A DNA stretch of 64,000 nucleotides, taken from contig CAVVLG010000003.1 in the NCBI GenBank assembly GCA_963749085.1, forward strand, positions 219,380 through 283,379, in the 5' to 3' direction. Positions within the stretch are counted from its first letter, which is position 1. Every line of letters starts with the position of its first letter. A program made the position numbers and the translations under genes. Below the pieces are notes generated by a model. That model had not been told where the DNA came from, ran no database searches, and saw only the letters and a list, made by a program, of their open reading frames with translations. Positions 47,752-56,289 of this stretch are shown here, in pieces. The DNA comes from Candidatus Adlerbacteria bacterium (GTDB taxonomy: Bacteria > Patescibacteriota > Minisyncoccia > Phycocordibacterales > SBAW01).

Positions 47752-50144
47752 AAGGGAAAACTAAAAACAGAAAGCGTCTCATCATTCTCGACACTCACTC
47801 GATACTGCATCGCGCTTATCATGCGCTTCCGGATTTCAGCTCCAGCAAGGGAGAGCCAACGGGCGCGCTCTATGGCATTGTCTCCATGCTGGTTAAAATC
47901 ATCAACGATCTGAAACCCGACTATATTGTCGCGGCGTATGATCTTCCAGGCGGCACCTTCCGCAACGAAATCTATGATAAATACAAAGCAACGCGACCAG
48001 AGGCCGAGGAGGACCTCATATCGCAGATAAAGCGTTCGCGGGATGTAATAGGAGCCTTCGGGATTCCTATGTACGATGCAAAAGAATTCGAGGCGGATGA
48101 CGTCATCGGTACCATCGTCGAGAAAATGAAGAAGCAGAAGGATGTCGACATCATCATCGTCTCCGGCGACATGGACGCGCTCCAGCTCGTCGATGGCGAG
48201 CGGGTGCGAGTCTTTACTCTGAAAAAAGGACTAAACGACAGCATCATCTACGACGAGCAAGGAGTCAATAAGCGCTACGGCTTCGGTCCAGAGCTCATTC
48301 CCGATTACAAAGGATTGCGTGGCGACCCCAGCGACAATATCCCGGGTGTAGTCGGCATAGGTGAGAAGACAGCGACAGAACTCATCACCAAGTTCGGGAC
48401 GCTTGAGAACATATACAAGGCGCTTAAGAACCCAGACAAGCTTCTCAAGGTGGGGATCAAGGAAGGGGTCATCGAGAAGCTGAAAACGCAAAAAGCGCAG
48501 GCTGAACTTAGCAAAGAACTCGCGCAAATTAATCGTAAGGTACCCATTGAGTTCTCACTGCCCAAAGAAAGATGGCACACAAGTGTCTCGCCAAGACAGC
48601 TGCTCGATATGTTAAGCGAGTTCGATTTTCGCTCCTTAATGCCGCGGGTGCGCACCCTTTTTGGGGGAGATGCCAAGAAGCCTCTAGAAGTCCCCGATAC
48701 TTCGGAAACCATGCAAGGGAATTTACTTCCGGCCCAGGATATTAATCCGGAGGAATTTCACAAAATCGCCATAGCCGTGTGGGCGCTCGACTCATCCATG
48801 ACCGAGCCCACGCTCGACGATATCTATAGAATGGGGAAAAGCGATGATTTTGCAGAGGCGAGCAGACACATTTTGAAAGACATAAAAGACCGCAAACTCA
48901 CGTTCGTCTACGAACACATAGAACTTCCGCTTGCGCCGGTACTGCGCGCGATGGAGCAGCGCGGCGTGCTCATCGATCGTATTTTTTTAGAGAAGCTCTC
49001 AAAAGAATATACAGTGAAGCTCAAAAAAATTGCTACGCGAATTTTCAAAGCTGCCGGCGGTGAGTTCAATATTAACTCACCCAAGCAGTTGGGCGACGTT
49101 CTCTTCGACAAGCTTGGGTTGGCACCTGCGAAACAAAAAAAGACTGCCGGAGGACAGCGTTCGACTCGCGAGTCAGAGCTCGAGAAAATGAAAGACCTGC
49201 ACCCTGTCATCGAGGATATTTTGGCGTATCGCGAACTGCAAAAGCTACTCTCCACTTATATAGATACGCTCCCGACACTGCTCGACAATAAAAACCGCGT
49301 CCACACCACATTTATTCAAAATGGCGCAGCGACTGGCCGTCTCGCGTCGCAAACTCCGAACCTGCAGAATATTCCCATCAAGTCTGAGCTCGGCCGTGCA
49401 ATCCGCCACGCGTTTATAGCCGATGAGGGCTATGTGCTGGTATCATTCGATTATTCGCAAATCGAGTTGCGCATCGCGGCGTTTCTTTCGCATGATAAAA
49501 ACCTCGCGGCCATTTTCAAAGATGGACGCGACGTCCATACCGAGGTCGCGGCGCGCGTCTTTCATGTCCGCGAAAGCGACGTCACCTACGAGATGCGCCG
49601 GCGCGCGAAAGTCATAAACTTCGGCATCCTCTACGGCATGGGTGTGACTTCGCTCCAGCAGGCGTTGGGTACCAAACGCGCAGAGGCCCAGGAGTTTTAT
49701 AACGAGTACTTCGCCGCGTTCCCGCGCCTCGCCGCCTATATCGAGGAGGTCAAAGGAGATGCCGCACGCCAAGGCTATACCGAAACGTTCTTCGGCCGCC
49801 GCCGATATTTCGATGGCATTAAATCCCCCATACCCTACATACGCTCCGCCGCCGAGCGTATGGCTATTAACGCGCCACTTCAAGGAACGCAAGCCGACTT
49901 GGTGAAGCTCGCGATGATTAAAATAGATGCGTTGTTTAAGAAGGAAGCGCTAAACAAAGCCTATATACTACTTCAGGTGCATGACGAGTTGGTGTTTGAG
50001 ATAGAGGAGGATATGGTCAAGAAACTCGCGCCGAAAATAAAGGAAATAATGGAGACTATCGTTTCCGAAAAAGAAAGGAATGGCATCCCATTCCTCGCTG
50101 AAGGCAAAGTTGGCAAGAATTGGGGCGAAATGAGAAAAATATAA
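47748..50144 (+). CDS. polA: DNA polymerase I (3'-5' exonuclease domain largely absent)
   Basis: EADDVIG, GDPSDNIPGV, DYSQIELR, RAKVINFGILYG, LQVHDEL. Confidence 0.96.
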   Translation: MKGKTKNRKRLIILDTHSILHRAYHALPDFSSSKGEPTGALYGIVSMLVKIINDLKPDYIVAAYDLPGGTFRNEIYDKYKATRPEAEEDLISQIKRSRDVIGAFGIPMYDAKEFEADDVIGTIVEKMKKQKDVDIIIVSGDMDALQLVDGERVRVFTLKKGLNDSIIYDEQGVNKRYGFGPELIPDYKGLRGDPSDNIPGVVGIGEKTATELITKFGTLENIYKALKNPDKLLKVGIKEGVIEKLKTQKAQAELSKELAQINRKVPIEFSLPKERWHTSVSPRQLLDMLSEFDFRSLMPRVRTLFGGDAKKPLEVPDTSETMQGNLLPAQDINPEEFHKIAIAVWALDSSMTEPTLDDIYRMGKSDDFAEASRHILKDIKDRKLTFVYEHIELPLAPVLRAMEQRGVLIDRIFLEKLSKEYTVKLKKIATRIFKAAGGEFNINSPKQLGDVLFDKLGLAPAKQKKTAGGQRSTRESELEKMKDLHPVIEDILAYRELQKLLSTYIDTLPTLLDNKNRVHTTFIQNGAATGRLASQTPNLQNIPIKSELGRAIRHAFIADEGYVLVSFDYSQIELRIAAFLSHDKNLAAIFKDGRDVHTEVAARVFHVRESDVTYEMRRRAKVINFGILYGMGVTSLQQALGTKRAEAQEFYNEYFAAFPRLAAYIEEVKGDAARQGYTETFFGRRRYFDGIKSPIPYIRSAAERMAINAPLQGTQADLVKLAMIKIDALFKKEALNKAYILLQVHDELVFEIEEDMVKKLAPKIKEIMETIVSEKERNGIPFLAEGKVGKNWGEMRKI

Positions 50145-50146
50145 CT

Positions 50147-50701
50147 ATGTTAAAAATTTTCGTCGGTAAAAAAGGGAAAGGGGAAGAACTCACATGGGAG
50201 GGGATGAGTGGCGAGGAACTCGCAACACTCGCCTCAACGCCGGCATTGTTCGGCGGAGCCAGGACGTTCCTTCTTATCGGGGCTATAAACAGCGAACGAC
50301 AGGAAGAATTTCTTGATAGGGCCGAGGTATTTGTCGAATCTCCACACACATTTATTTTTGAAGAAGAGAAATTACTCAAAGCGCCGACCGTAGCGCTCGA
50401 AAAAGCAGGAGCAAAGATTGAAGTTGAAAAAAAATCTGCCGCGATCAAGGAACGCGGCTTCGATCAATTCGGTCTTACCTATGCACTAGGAAGTCGCGAT
50501 AAGAAAAAGCTTTGGCTCGGCCTTATACAAGCATTGCAGGCAGGAGAAAAGCCCGAAGCGATAGCTGGTCTCTTGGCGTGGAAGGCGCGCCAAATGAAAG
50601 ACGCCAATCTTTCACGCGAGCTCACTTTCATGTATCACGACTCTCACCGCGGCGCAGGCGATCTCGAGTTATTGCTTGAGCGTTTCGCGCTCACCCTCTA
50701 A
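50147..50701 (+). CDS. Short DNA polymerase III delta (HolA)-like protein
   Basis: LASTPALFG; FGLTYALGSRDKKKLW..GEKPEAI resembles HolA collar; follows polA. Confidence 0.55.
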   Translation: MLKIFVGKKGKGEELTWEGMSGEELATLASTPALFGGARTFLLIGAINSERQEEFLDRAEVFVESPHTFIFEEEKLLKAPTVALEKAGAKIEVEKKSAAIKERGFDQFGLTYALGSRDKKKLWLGLIQALQAGEKPEAIAGLLAWKARQMKDANLSRELTFMYHDSHRGAGDLELLLERFALTL

Positions 50702-50745
50702 TTTCACTAGAAAATAAGGGACATTTTTGCTATAGTGCTGTCAAT

Positions 50746-50818
50746 CCGCCCATAGCTCAGTTGGTAGAGCGGCTCCCTTTTAAGGAGAAGGTCGTAGGTT
50801 CGAATCCTACTGGGCGGA
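50746..50818 (+). tRNA. tRNA-Lys(TTT)
   Basis: CCGCCCA-TA-GCTCAGTTGGTAGAGC-G-GCTCC-CTTTTAA-GGAGA-AGGTC-GTAGG-TTCGAAT-CCTAC-TGGGCGG-A. Confidence 0.93.
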
Positions 50819-50968
50819 CAGGTCAATAAAGCCTTATTTTGCAAGGTATTTTAATGATGACAATTCAGAAGCCTTGACTCCTTGACAAAACAATGTTTTG
50901 GGTATACGATAGCAGACAAGTGAGTCCTTTGATTTGGCCATTCGGCCACAACGCCTGAGGAGGGCAAC

Positions 50969-51208
50969 ATGGAACGCGAGATGATAAAGATTCTTCTCTT
51001 CCTGCTGTGGGTTTCCACCATCGGCGACCTGCTTTTCACTTCTGCCTTCTCGTCTGACGAATTGACTATTTTCGTCAAACTCCATCCGCTTTTCGCAGGC
51101 GAAGGCCTCGTCTTCACAACCTTCTCCACGTTTGCGACCGTCGTGATGACGCTCAGAGTTATTCTGGACTTCACTCGCGGCAAAACGAACGAGATAGCGA
51201 ATGGCTGA
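50969..51208 (+). CDS. Small two-TM hypothetical protein
   Basis: GGAGGAGG RBS; two hydrophobic segments. Confidence 0.55.
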   Translation: MEREMIKILLFLLWVSTIGDLLFTSAFSSDELTIFVKLHPLFAGEGLVFTTFSTFATVVMTLRVILDFTRGKTNEIANG

Positions 51209-51423
51209 CGCGCAAGCGCGTCCCGACGGCACGACGGTATCGTGCCACTCTATTGAGCCCACAACTTCGGTTGCGGTCTCATCGAGAAAGTTCACTAAAA
51301 GTTCTTCATAAATCTTAGGACTAAAGTCAGGTCGCGGTAACAACTTTGGTTGGCAAACTATCAAGTGAATGTCTATCCAAGAGAGGTATTACTATCCCGC
51401 AATACCAACCAAAGGAGAAAGCC

Positions 51424-51837
51424 ATGACCTGGCTCAGCGACCAACGCAACATGCAACCCGTTGTAGAAAGCGATTCATGGAGCAGAGCGGAGCAATTCGC
51501 GCTGGACTATGGATTTGCTGGCTGCATCGTCTCCTCCGCCTATGATGAGGTAGATACTCATCACAGCGGTATGCCTGGTGAATATCTCGGCTACGCCGAG
51601 CGATTCATTAAGAGCATAGGAGGAATGGTCATCGACGTTAAAGAACGTAATGACCGCATGTTGCCCTACTTGGTGGAGGAACTGGTTCGCCGGTCCTACC
51701 ATGCTTCACAAACCTGCTACAACCCCGCCATAAAAGGGCGGTGGGTGACGGGTACCGATATCTTTCGTATCTCTCGACTCATCCTCGAGGGTTTCCGAAA
51801 GTACGGTTTGAAGCTGGAGGATTTGCACACAAGCTAA
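51424..51837 (+). CDS. Hypothetical protein
   Basis: AAGGAG RBS; downstream hairpin. Confidence 0.65.
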   Translation: MTWLSDQRNMQPVVESDSWSRAEQFALDYGFAGCIVSSAYDEVDTHHSGMPGEYLGYAERFIKSIGGMVIDVKERNDRMLPYLVEELVRRSYHASQTCYNPAIKGRWVTGTDIFRISRLILEGFRKYGLKLEDLHTS

Positions 51838-51850
51838 TCCCCACCAAAAG

Positions 51851-51877
51851 AAGCCACGGATTCAACCCCGTGGCTTT
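51851..51877 (+). terminator. Intrinsic terminator
   Basis: AAGCCACGG-attcaacc-CCGTGGCTTT. Confidence 0.65.
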
Positions 51878-52218
51878 CGATTTATGGCCTCCGACAAAGG
51901 CGAGACAACTTATCTCATGCCTCAATCAGAAGTACCTCTCTCCTCCCAAGTATTTTGAGTACGATTTAGCACCTTAATTCATTTGCCAACTCTTTACTAC
52001 AGCGACGAAAGACGGGGTCGGTGATAACATCAAAGTGGTTCTGACTTCGTCCATTAGGGCGGACATACCTATAAAGCCTTATTTTGCAATGCCGTTTTGG
52101 GCATTCCAACAGGACTAGATTTGCTCGAAAATCTTCATTTTTATATCAGGTTCATCCTTCTATCATCCAAAGCAGAAGTACGCGTAACTGGGCGTATTAT
52201 TTGTTTAATAAAAACGTT

Positions 52219-52443
52219 ATGAAGGTACTTCTATCATGCACCGAGTGCAATTATGAAGAGTGGAGTTCCTCTGAAAAAGAGCTGATGAATAAGATTATCG
52301 TGTGGAATCACGTTAAAAGGGAGCATCCGGCCACCGCCGAGCATATTATGCGCGTGTACCAACACGTGCCAATTTCGCTCTTTCATATACACACTTCACG
52401 TGCCGATGAACGAACTCGAAGATTTGTGCCCACGTTCGTTTAA
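52219..52443 (+). CDS. Small protein with CxxC..HxxxxH (zinc-finger-like)
   Basis: LSCTECNY...WNHVKREHP. Confidence 0.5.
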   Translation: MKVLLSCTECNYEEWSSSEKELMNKIIVWNHVKREHPATAEHIMRVYQHVPISLFHIHTSRADERTRRFVPTFV

Positions 52444-52910
52444 GAGGTCTTACTGAGCGTGAATAGCAGCACGCCTGCTGTCACGCTCACATTAAGCGAT
52501 TCTTTTTTCCCTCGCATAGGAATTTCGAGGATGGTATCGGCTTGGGAAAGAATGCTTTTCGAGAGACCTCGCACTTCGTTGCCTAATATAAGCGCGACTT
52601 TGTCCGAGGTTGGTTTATAATCGAAAAGAGAAGTAGCATTTTTGCTTTGTTCTATCGCCAATATCTTATACCCATCTTTCTTTAATTTTTTTATAGCATC
52701 CGCAGGTGTCTGTACCTGCTTCCACGGTACTGTTTTCTCAGCCCCAAGTGATACCTTATTGAAATTCTTGCGCGCACGGCCGAAACGATCAACAGGTGTC
52801 GGCGTGTAGCCGCAGAGAATTATTTTGGATACTCCGGCCGCGTCGGCCGTGCGGAATATAGAGCCGACGTTATGGACGCTCCTGATGTTGTGGAGCATGA
52901 GCACACACAT
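52440..52910 (-). CDS. TrmH/SpoU family RNA methyltransferase
   Basis: NVGSIFRTADA, LGNEVRG, IPMRGKKESLNVSV. Confidence 0.92.
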   Translation of the reverse strand: MCVLMLHNIRSVHNVGSIFRTADAAGVSKIILCGYTPTPVDRFGRARKNFNKVSLGAEKTVPWKQVQTPADAIKKLKKDGYKILAIEQSKNATSLFDYKPTSDKVALILGNEVRGLSKSILSQADTILEIPMRGKKESLNVSVTAGVLLFTLSKTS

Positions 52911-52913
52911 TAT

Positions 52914-53315
52914 TTAGAGTGGCACATCAAACGCGATGCCACCTGCGCCGGTGATAAGCAGGGAGAGACAGATAATGAAGATCAGAATATAGGTGCTGCG
53001 CGCAAGCGGCATGATGTGTTGATAGCAGTGCGCAAACAGCCCGTTATTAAGCGCAATGATCATGCCCACGATTGCCGCCCATTGTGTGCCGTATCCGAAG
53101 AAAAGCGCGAGGCCGGTGAGTGTAATGATGGTGGCCGAGAGCCAACACATCCATTCAGTGGGTTTGCCGATGAGTGGCGCAGGAGTACTCGTAATCACGT
53201 CGCGTTTTTGTATAAGCGCATAGGCGACATAGAAAAACATCAACGCCGCGAAGACACGCAGAAGCGTCGGTGCAAAGAACGTGTAGTTAAGCAACTGGGG
53301 GAATGGATTCAACAT
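52914..53315 (-). CDS. DoxX-like membrane protein
   Basis: APTLLRV..four TMs..LITGAGGIAFD. Confidence 0.65.
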   Translation of the reverse strand: MLNPFPQLLNYTFFAPTLLRVFAALMFFYVAYALIQKRDVITSTPAPLIGKPTEWMCWLSATIITLTGLALFFGYGTQWAAIVGMIIALNNGLFAHCYQHIMPLARSTYILIFIICLSLLITGAGGIAFDVPL

Positions 53316-53319
53316 ATAA

Positions 53320-53544
53320 TTATTGGGTACTAGGACCTTGCACGTACGAGGAACTAGTACCTATGGTTGGGCCGTAGGCGCCGCCGGTGCCCACCGGCTC
53401 AGGCGGGTGTATGAATATGCCTTGTAGGTTAGACTTTGCGGGGCCGCCTTCAGCAAACCATATTAAAACGAGGACGAGAATAAGACCGACAATGAACAAT
53501 AAATCTCCAACCGGTCCCGATCCTTTAGGGGCTTCATCGGCCAT
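53320..53544 (-). CDS. Small membrane hypothetical protein
   Basis: One TM; tightly packed in operon. Confidence 0.6.
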   Translation of the reverse strand: MADEAPKGSGPVGDLLFIVGLILVLVLIWFAEGGPAKSNLQGIFIHPPEPVGTGGAYGPTIGTSSSYVQGPSTQ

Positions 53545-53547
53545 AGA

Positions 53548-54795
53548 TCAATGATACCCTAGTTTTTTAAGTTCCTCCTGCACAACCTTTTTATCACTCC
53601 ACTCCTCCTTGCTGCCCTTGGGTCCCATGATATAGGGATCGGTGCCTTTACCGCTTAAGAGCACCACGCCGCCGCTCTTGCATTCCTTAAGCGCTTCGCG
53701 AATGGCCGAGCGACGGTTGCGGATGATGTGCGGCCTGTTTTTGGTAAATCCCTTCGCCATCTCGTCAATTATTTTTTGAGGATCTTCGTCGTACGGATCC
53801 TCGTCGGTCAAAATGGCCAGCGAACAGAACTCATCGGCGATGGTACCCATGAGCGGCCGCTTCCAGGTATCGCGGCCGCCACCAGTTGAGCCTAAGACGC
53901 ATACCATCGGTTTACCTTTGTAGGTCTCGTAGAGCGCACGCAAAGACTCCGGCGTGTGAGCGTAGTCAACGATGACGCCAAACGGCTGCCCCATCTCAAC
54001 GCGCTCGGCACGCCCTGCAATGGGGCGCATATGTTCAAATGCTTTTTTCATAACCGACATGGGGATGTTCATCGCCTCGCCGAGCGTGAGAGCAGCCAAG
54101 ATGTTTTTTAGATTGAATACGCCCGGCAGCGGGACGGTAAAAAGTTCTCCGCGCCGCCAGACAAAACGTACACTTTTGTCGTCAGTGGAGTATGGTTCCG
54201 CATCGCGTAGTGAGAAGGATGTTCGTATCTCTACGTCGGTACCAAGAAACGCTTTGCCATAGGGATCGTCGGCATTGGCGACTATGATGCGCGGACGCTT
54301 CGACGAAGCGGCAAGCGCGTGAGCCAAGGAAAGTTTCGCCTCAAGATATTTCTCGAAGCTCCCATGGCTCTCAATATGCTCCGGGGCAAGATTGGTGAAG
54401 ACCAGCACATCAAGTGCGATGCCGACATTGCGGAATTGTTTGGCGCCCTCCGAAGTCATCTCAACTATCGCATGCGTAGCGCCTGTATTGACCGCTTGGC
54501 GCAAAAAATGCTGCAGAAAAAAACGCCCCGGCATCGTCATTTTAAAAAGGTTCGGTTCACTTTCTCGCCCAATCGCAAAACGGATAGTCGAGGCGACTGC
54601 GACGGTATATCCCGCTTCCTCTAACATTGCCGCAATCAACTCCACCGTAGTTGATTTTCCTTTAGTGCCGGTGACACCAATGACAAATAGTTTTCGCGAA
54701 GGGAAGCGATAGATAAATGCCCCCACTGCCGCAAGCGAGTAGTGGTACGCATCTAGTAGTGGTGCGGGGGTGAGTGCTTTGAGCAACTTTTTCAT
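53548..54795 (-). CDS. murE: Mur ligase, MurE-like
   Basis: IGVTGTKGKSTT, FTNLAPEH, VDYAHTPESL, GGRDTWKRPLMG, GKG. Confidence 0.8.
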   Translation of the reverse strand: MKKLLKALTPAPLLDAYHYSLAAVGAFIYRFPSRKLFVIGVTGTKGKSTTVELIAAMLEEAGYTVAVASTIRFAIGRESEPNLFKMTMPGRFFLQHFLRQAVNTGATHAIVEMTSEGAKQFRNVGIALDVLVFTNLAPEHIESHGSFEKYLEAKLSLAHALAASSKRPRIIVANADDPYGKAFLGTDVEIRTSFSLRDAEPYSTDDKSVRFVWRRGELFTVPLPGVFNLKNILAALTLGEAMNIPMSVMKKAFEHMRPIAGRAERVEMGQPFGVIVDYAHTPESLRALYETYKGKPMVCVLGSTGGGRDTWKRPLMGTIADEFCSLAILTDEDPYDEDPQKIIDEMAKGFTKNRPHIIRNRRSAIREALKECKSGGVVLLSGKGTDPYIMGPKGSKEEWSDKKVVQEELKKLGYH

Positions 54796-55376
54796 ATGGT
54801 CTTGAGCGCTACCGCAAGACGCTCGCGAACTGAACCGATTGAGGAAGGAACGCCTTTTATCGCCTGGCGGCTTTCGTAGGCACTGTAGCCGAGCGCCATG
54901 AGTGCCTCAAGCAACTCCAGGTCGTCCGAGGATTTTGCGTCGGAAGCAGCCGAAGGGCCCGCACTTTTGCCGAGTACCACTTTATCGCGCAGCTCCACTA
55001 CAATGCGCTCAGCGCTTTTTTTGCCGATACCGAATACTTTTGTGAGCGAAACCGCGTCGCCGCGAGCGATGCCCCGCTTGAGCGTCACCACATCAGAAAC
55101 ATTGAGTATCGCGAGCGCGCTTTTTGGGCCGATGCCCGAGACGCTCATTAATTGTTTGAAAAAAGAAAGTTCTTCTTCCGTGAGAAAGCCATAAAGGTCT
55201 ATTGCGTCTTCCCGCACGGCTGTGTGGATATAAAGGGACACCTCCGTGTCACCGACCCTCATGACCTGGAGCGTTCCCTGCGGCACGCGTACACCATACC
55301 CCACGCCCGAGACCTCTATGAGTACCATTCCATCGGTCGTTGTACCTTCAAATCGTCCGGTAAGCTTGCCTATCAT
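54792..55376 (-). CDS. ruvA: Holliday junction protein RuvA
   Basis: MIGKLTG, VSGVGY, VREDAIDLYGF, VSGIGPKSAL, GIGKKSAERIVVEL. Confidence 0.96.
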   Translation of the reverse strand: MIGKLTGRFEGTTTDGMVLIEVSGVGYGVRVPQGTLQVMRVGDTEVSLYIHTAVREDAIDLYGFLTEEELSFFKQLMSVSGIGPKSALAILNVSDVVTLKRGIARGDAVSLTKVFGIGKKSAERIVVELRDKVVLGKSAGPSAASDAKSSDDLELLEALMALGYSAYESRQAIKGVPSSIGSVRERLAVALKTI

Positions 55377-55400
55377 ACCCTTATAGAGTACTGTAGCCGC

Positions 55401-55646
55401 ATGGCAATTACAAAAGGAGCCAAAAAAGCACATCGGCAAAGCCTCCGCAAGAAAGAAATGAACGATATGCGCAAAAAAGCGATGCGCGAGACGCTGAGGG
55501 GAGCACGCACAACAAAAAAGGGAGATATTAAAGCCCTTGCTGCCGCATACCAGGCGATAGACAAGGCACTCAAGCGCGGACTTATAAAAAAGAACACGGC
55601 TGCTCGCCGCAAGGCAAAAGTCGCACGGCTACTTTCGACTAAATAA
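55401..55646 (+). CDS. rpsT: 30S ribosomal protein S20
   Basis: MAITKGAKKAHRQS, IDKALKRGLIKKNTAARRK. Confidence 0.95.
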   Translation: MAITKGAKKAHRQSLRKKEMNDMRKKAMRETLRGARTTKKGDIKALAAAYQAIDKALKRGLIKKNTAARRKAKVARLLSTK

Positions 55647-55652
55647 TCTTAT

Positions 55653-55727
55653 TGGTGCTTCCGGCAGGAATCGAACCTGCATCTCCTCCTTCGGAGGGAG
55701 GTGTTCTATCCATTGGACTACGGAAGC
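55653..55727 (-). tRNA. tRNA-Arg(CCG), CCA encoded
   Basis: GCTTCCG...CCTCC-CTCCGAA-GGAGG...GCAGG-TTCGATT-CCTGC-CGGAAGC-A-CCA. Confidence 0.93.
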
Positions 55728-55852
55728 AATAACGCACTCACCCTAACATATTTGTGCCCCCTCACGGTAGCGCACCAACCCAGGTGAGGCAACACAATGG
55801 TTTTCCGGCGACCGTCAGTCGTACATCACCGAGGCCTCATGATCGCCTACAA

Positions 55853-56272
55853 AATGGGATGAATGGGACACTTTGTAGTACTTCGGGATAGTGTCCCATT
55901 TTTGGACTTCCACCAAGCCCCACAAGGACATTCGAGCGATTTTGAGAGCGGGACAGGTGTCCCGTTTGATGTCCCACGGTTGCGAACTGAAAAATGGACA
56001 AATCGGACACAAAGATCGGACGTGTGACTGTCCGATTTCTGGAGTGGAATGTTACAAATGTTACATCTTTTTGACATTTTCCGGGCTGTAACATTCGGGA
56101 AAAACCGAACAAACCGAACACGAAAACACGGATCCTGGTGTGTCCGATTTATGTTCGCAAATGAGACTAATGAGACCTTTAAAAGCACTTTTCGGAGTCT
56201 CATTATCAAATGTCCCCGGCACAAAATGATATGGAATGTAACGCCAAAAGGGCTATTTCGGGGCGTTACATT
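55853..56272. repeat. Array of A-A-spacer-A' units with unit-specific 9-mers
   Basis: Six units starting at 55853, 55992, 56048, 56103, 56160, 56225; see findings. Confidence 0.85.
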
Positions 56273-56289
56273 TTGAGATCAGCATCTCA

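Larger units (their letters stand above)
50812..52089. mobile_element. 1.25-kb islet bounded by direct repeats of the tRNA-Lys 3' end
   Basis: GGGCGGACA-N5-ATAAAGCCTTATTTTGCAA at 50812-50844 and 52057-52089. Confidence 0.65.

Noticed and set aside
55653-55727. tRNA-Arg(CCG) as attB for the right-hand element
   Set aside because: Its 3' end faces rpsT, no duplicate of it is seen in the window, and the nearby enzyme is a serine recombinase
55853-56272. CRISPR, TIGR or integron attC interpretation of the array
   Set aside because: No constant repeat sequence, no conserved box C/D-like motifs or Nop-domain gene, no RYYYAAC/GTTRRRY ends or cassette ORFs
55815-56276. Several short overlapping ORFs (CPICPF, CNICNI, VRFVRF) as Cys-rich proteins
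   Set aside because: Both strands are open in several frames and the tripeptide doublets simply mirror the 9-bp tandem repeats; no RBS or recognisable domain
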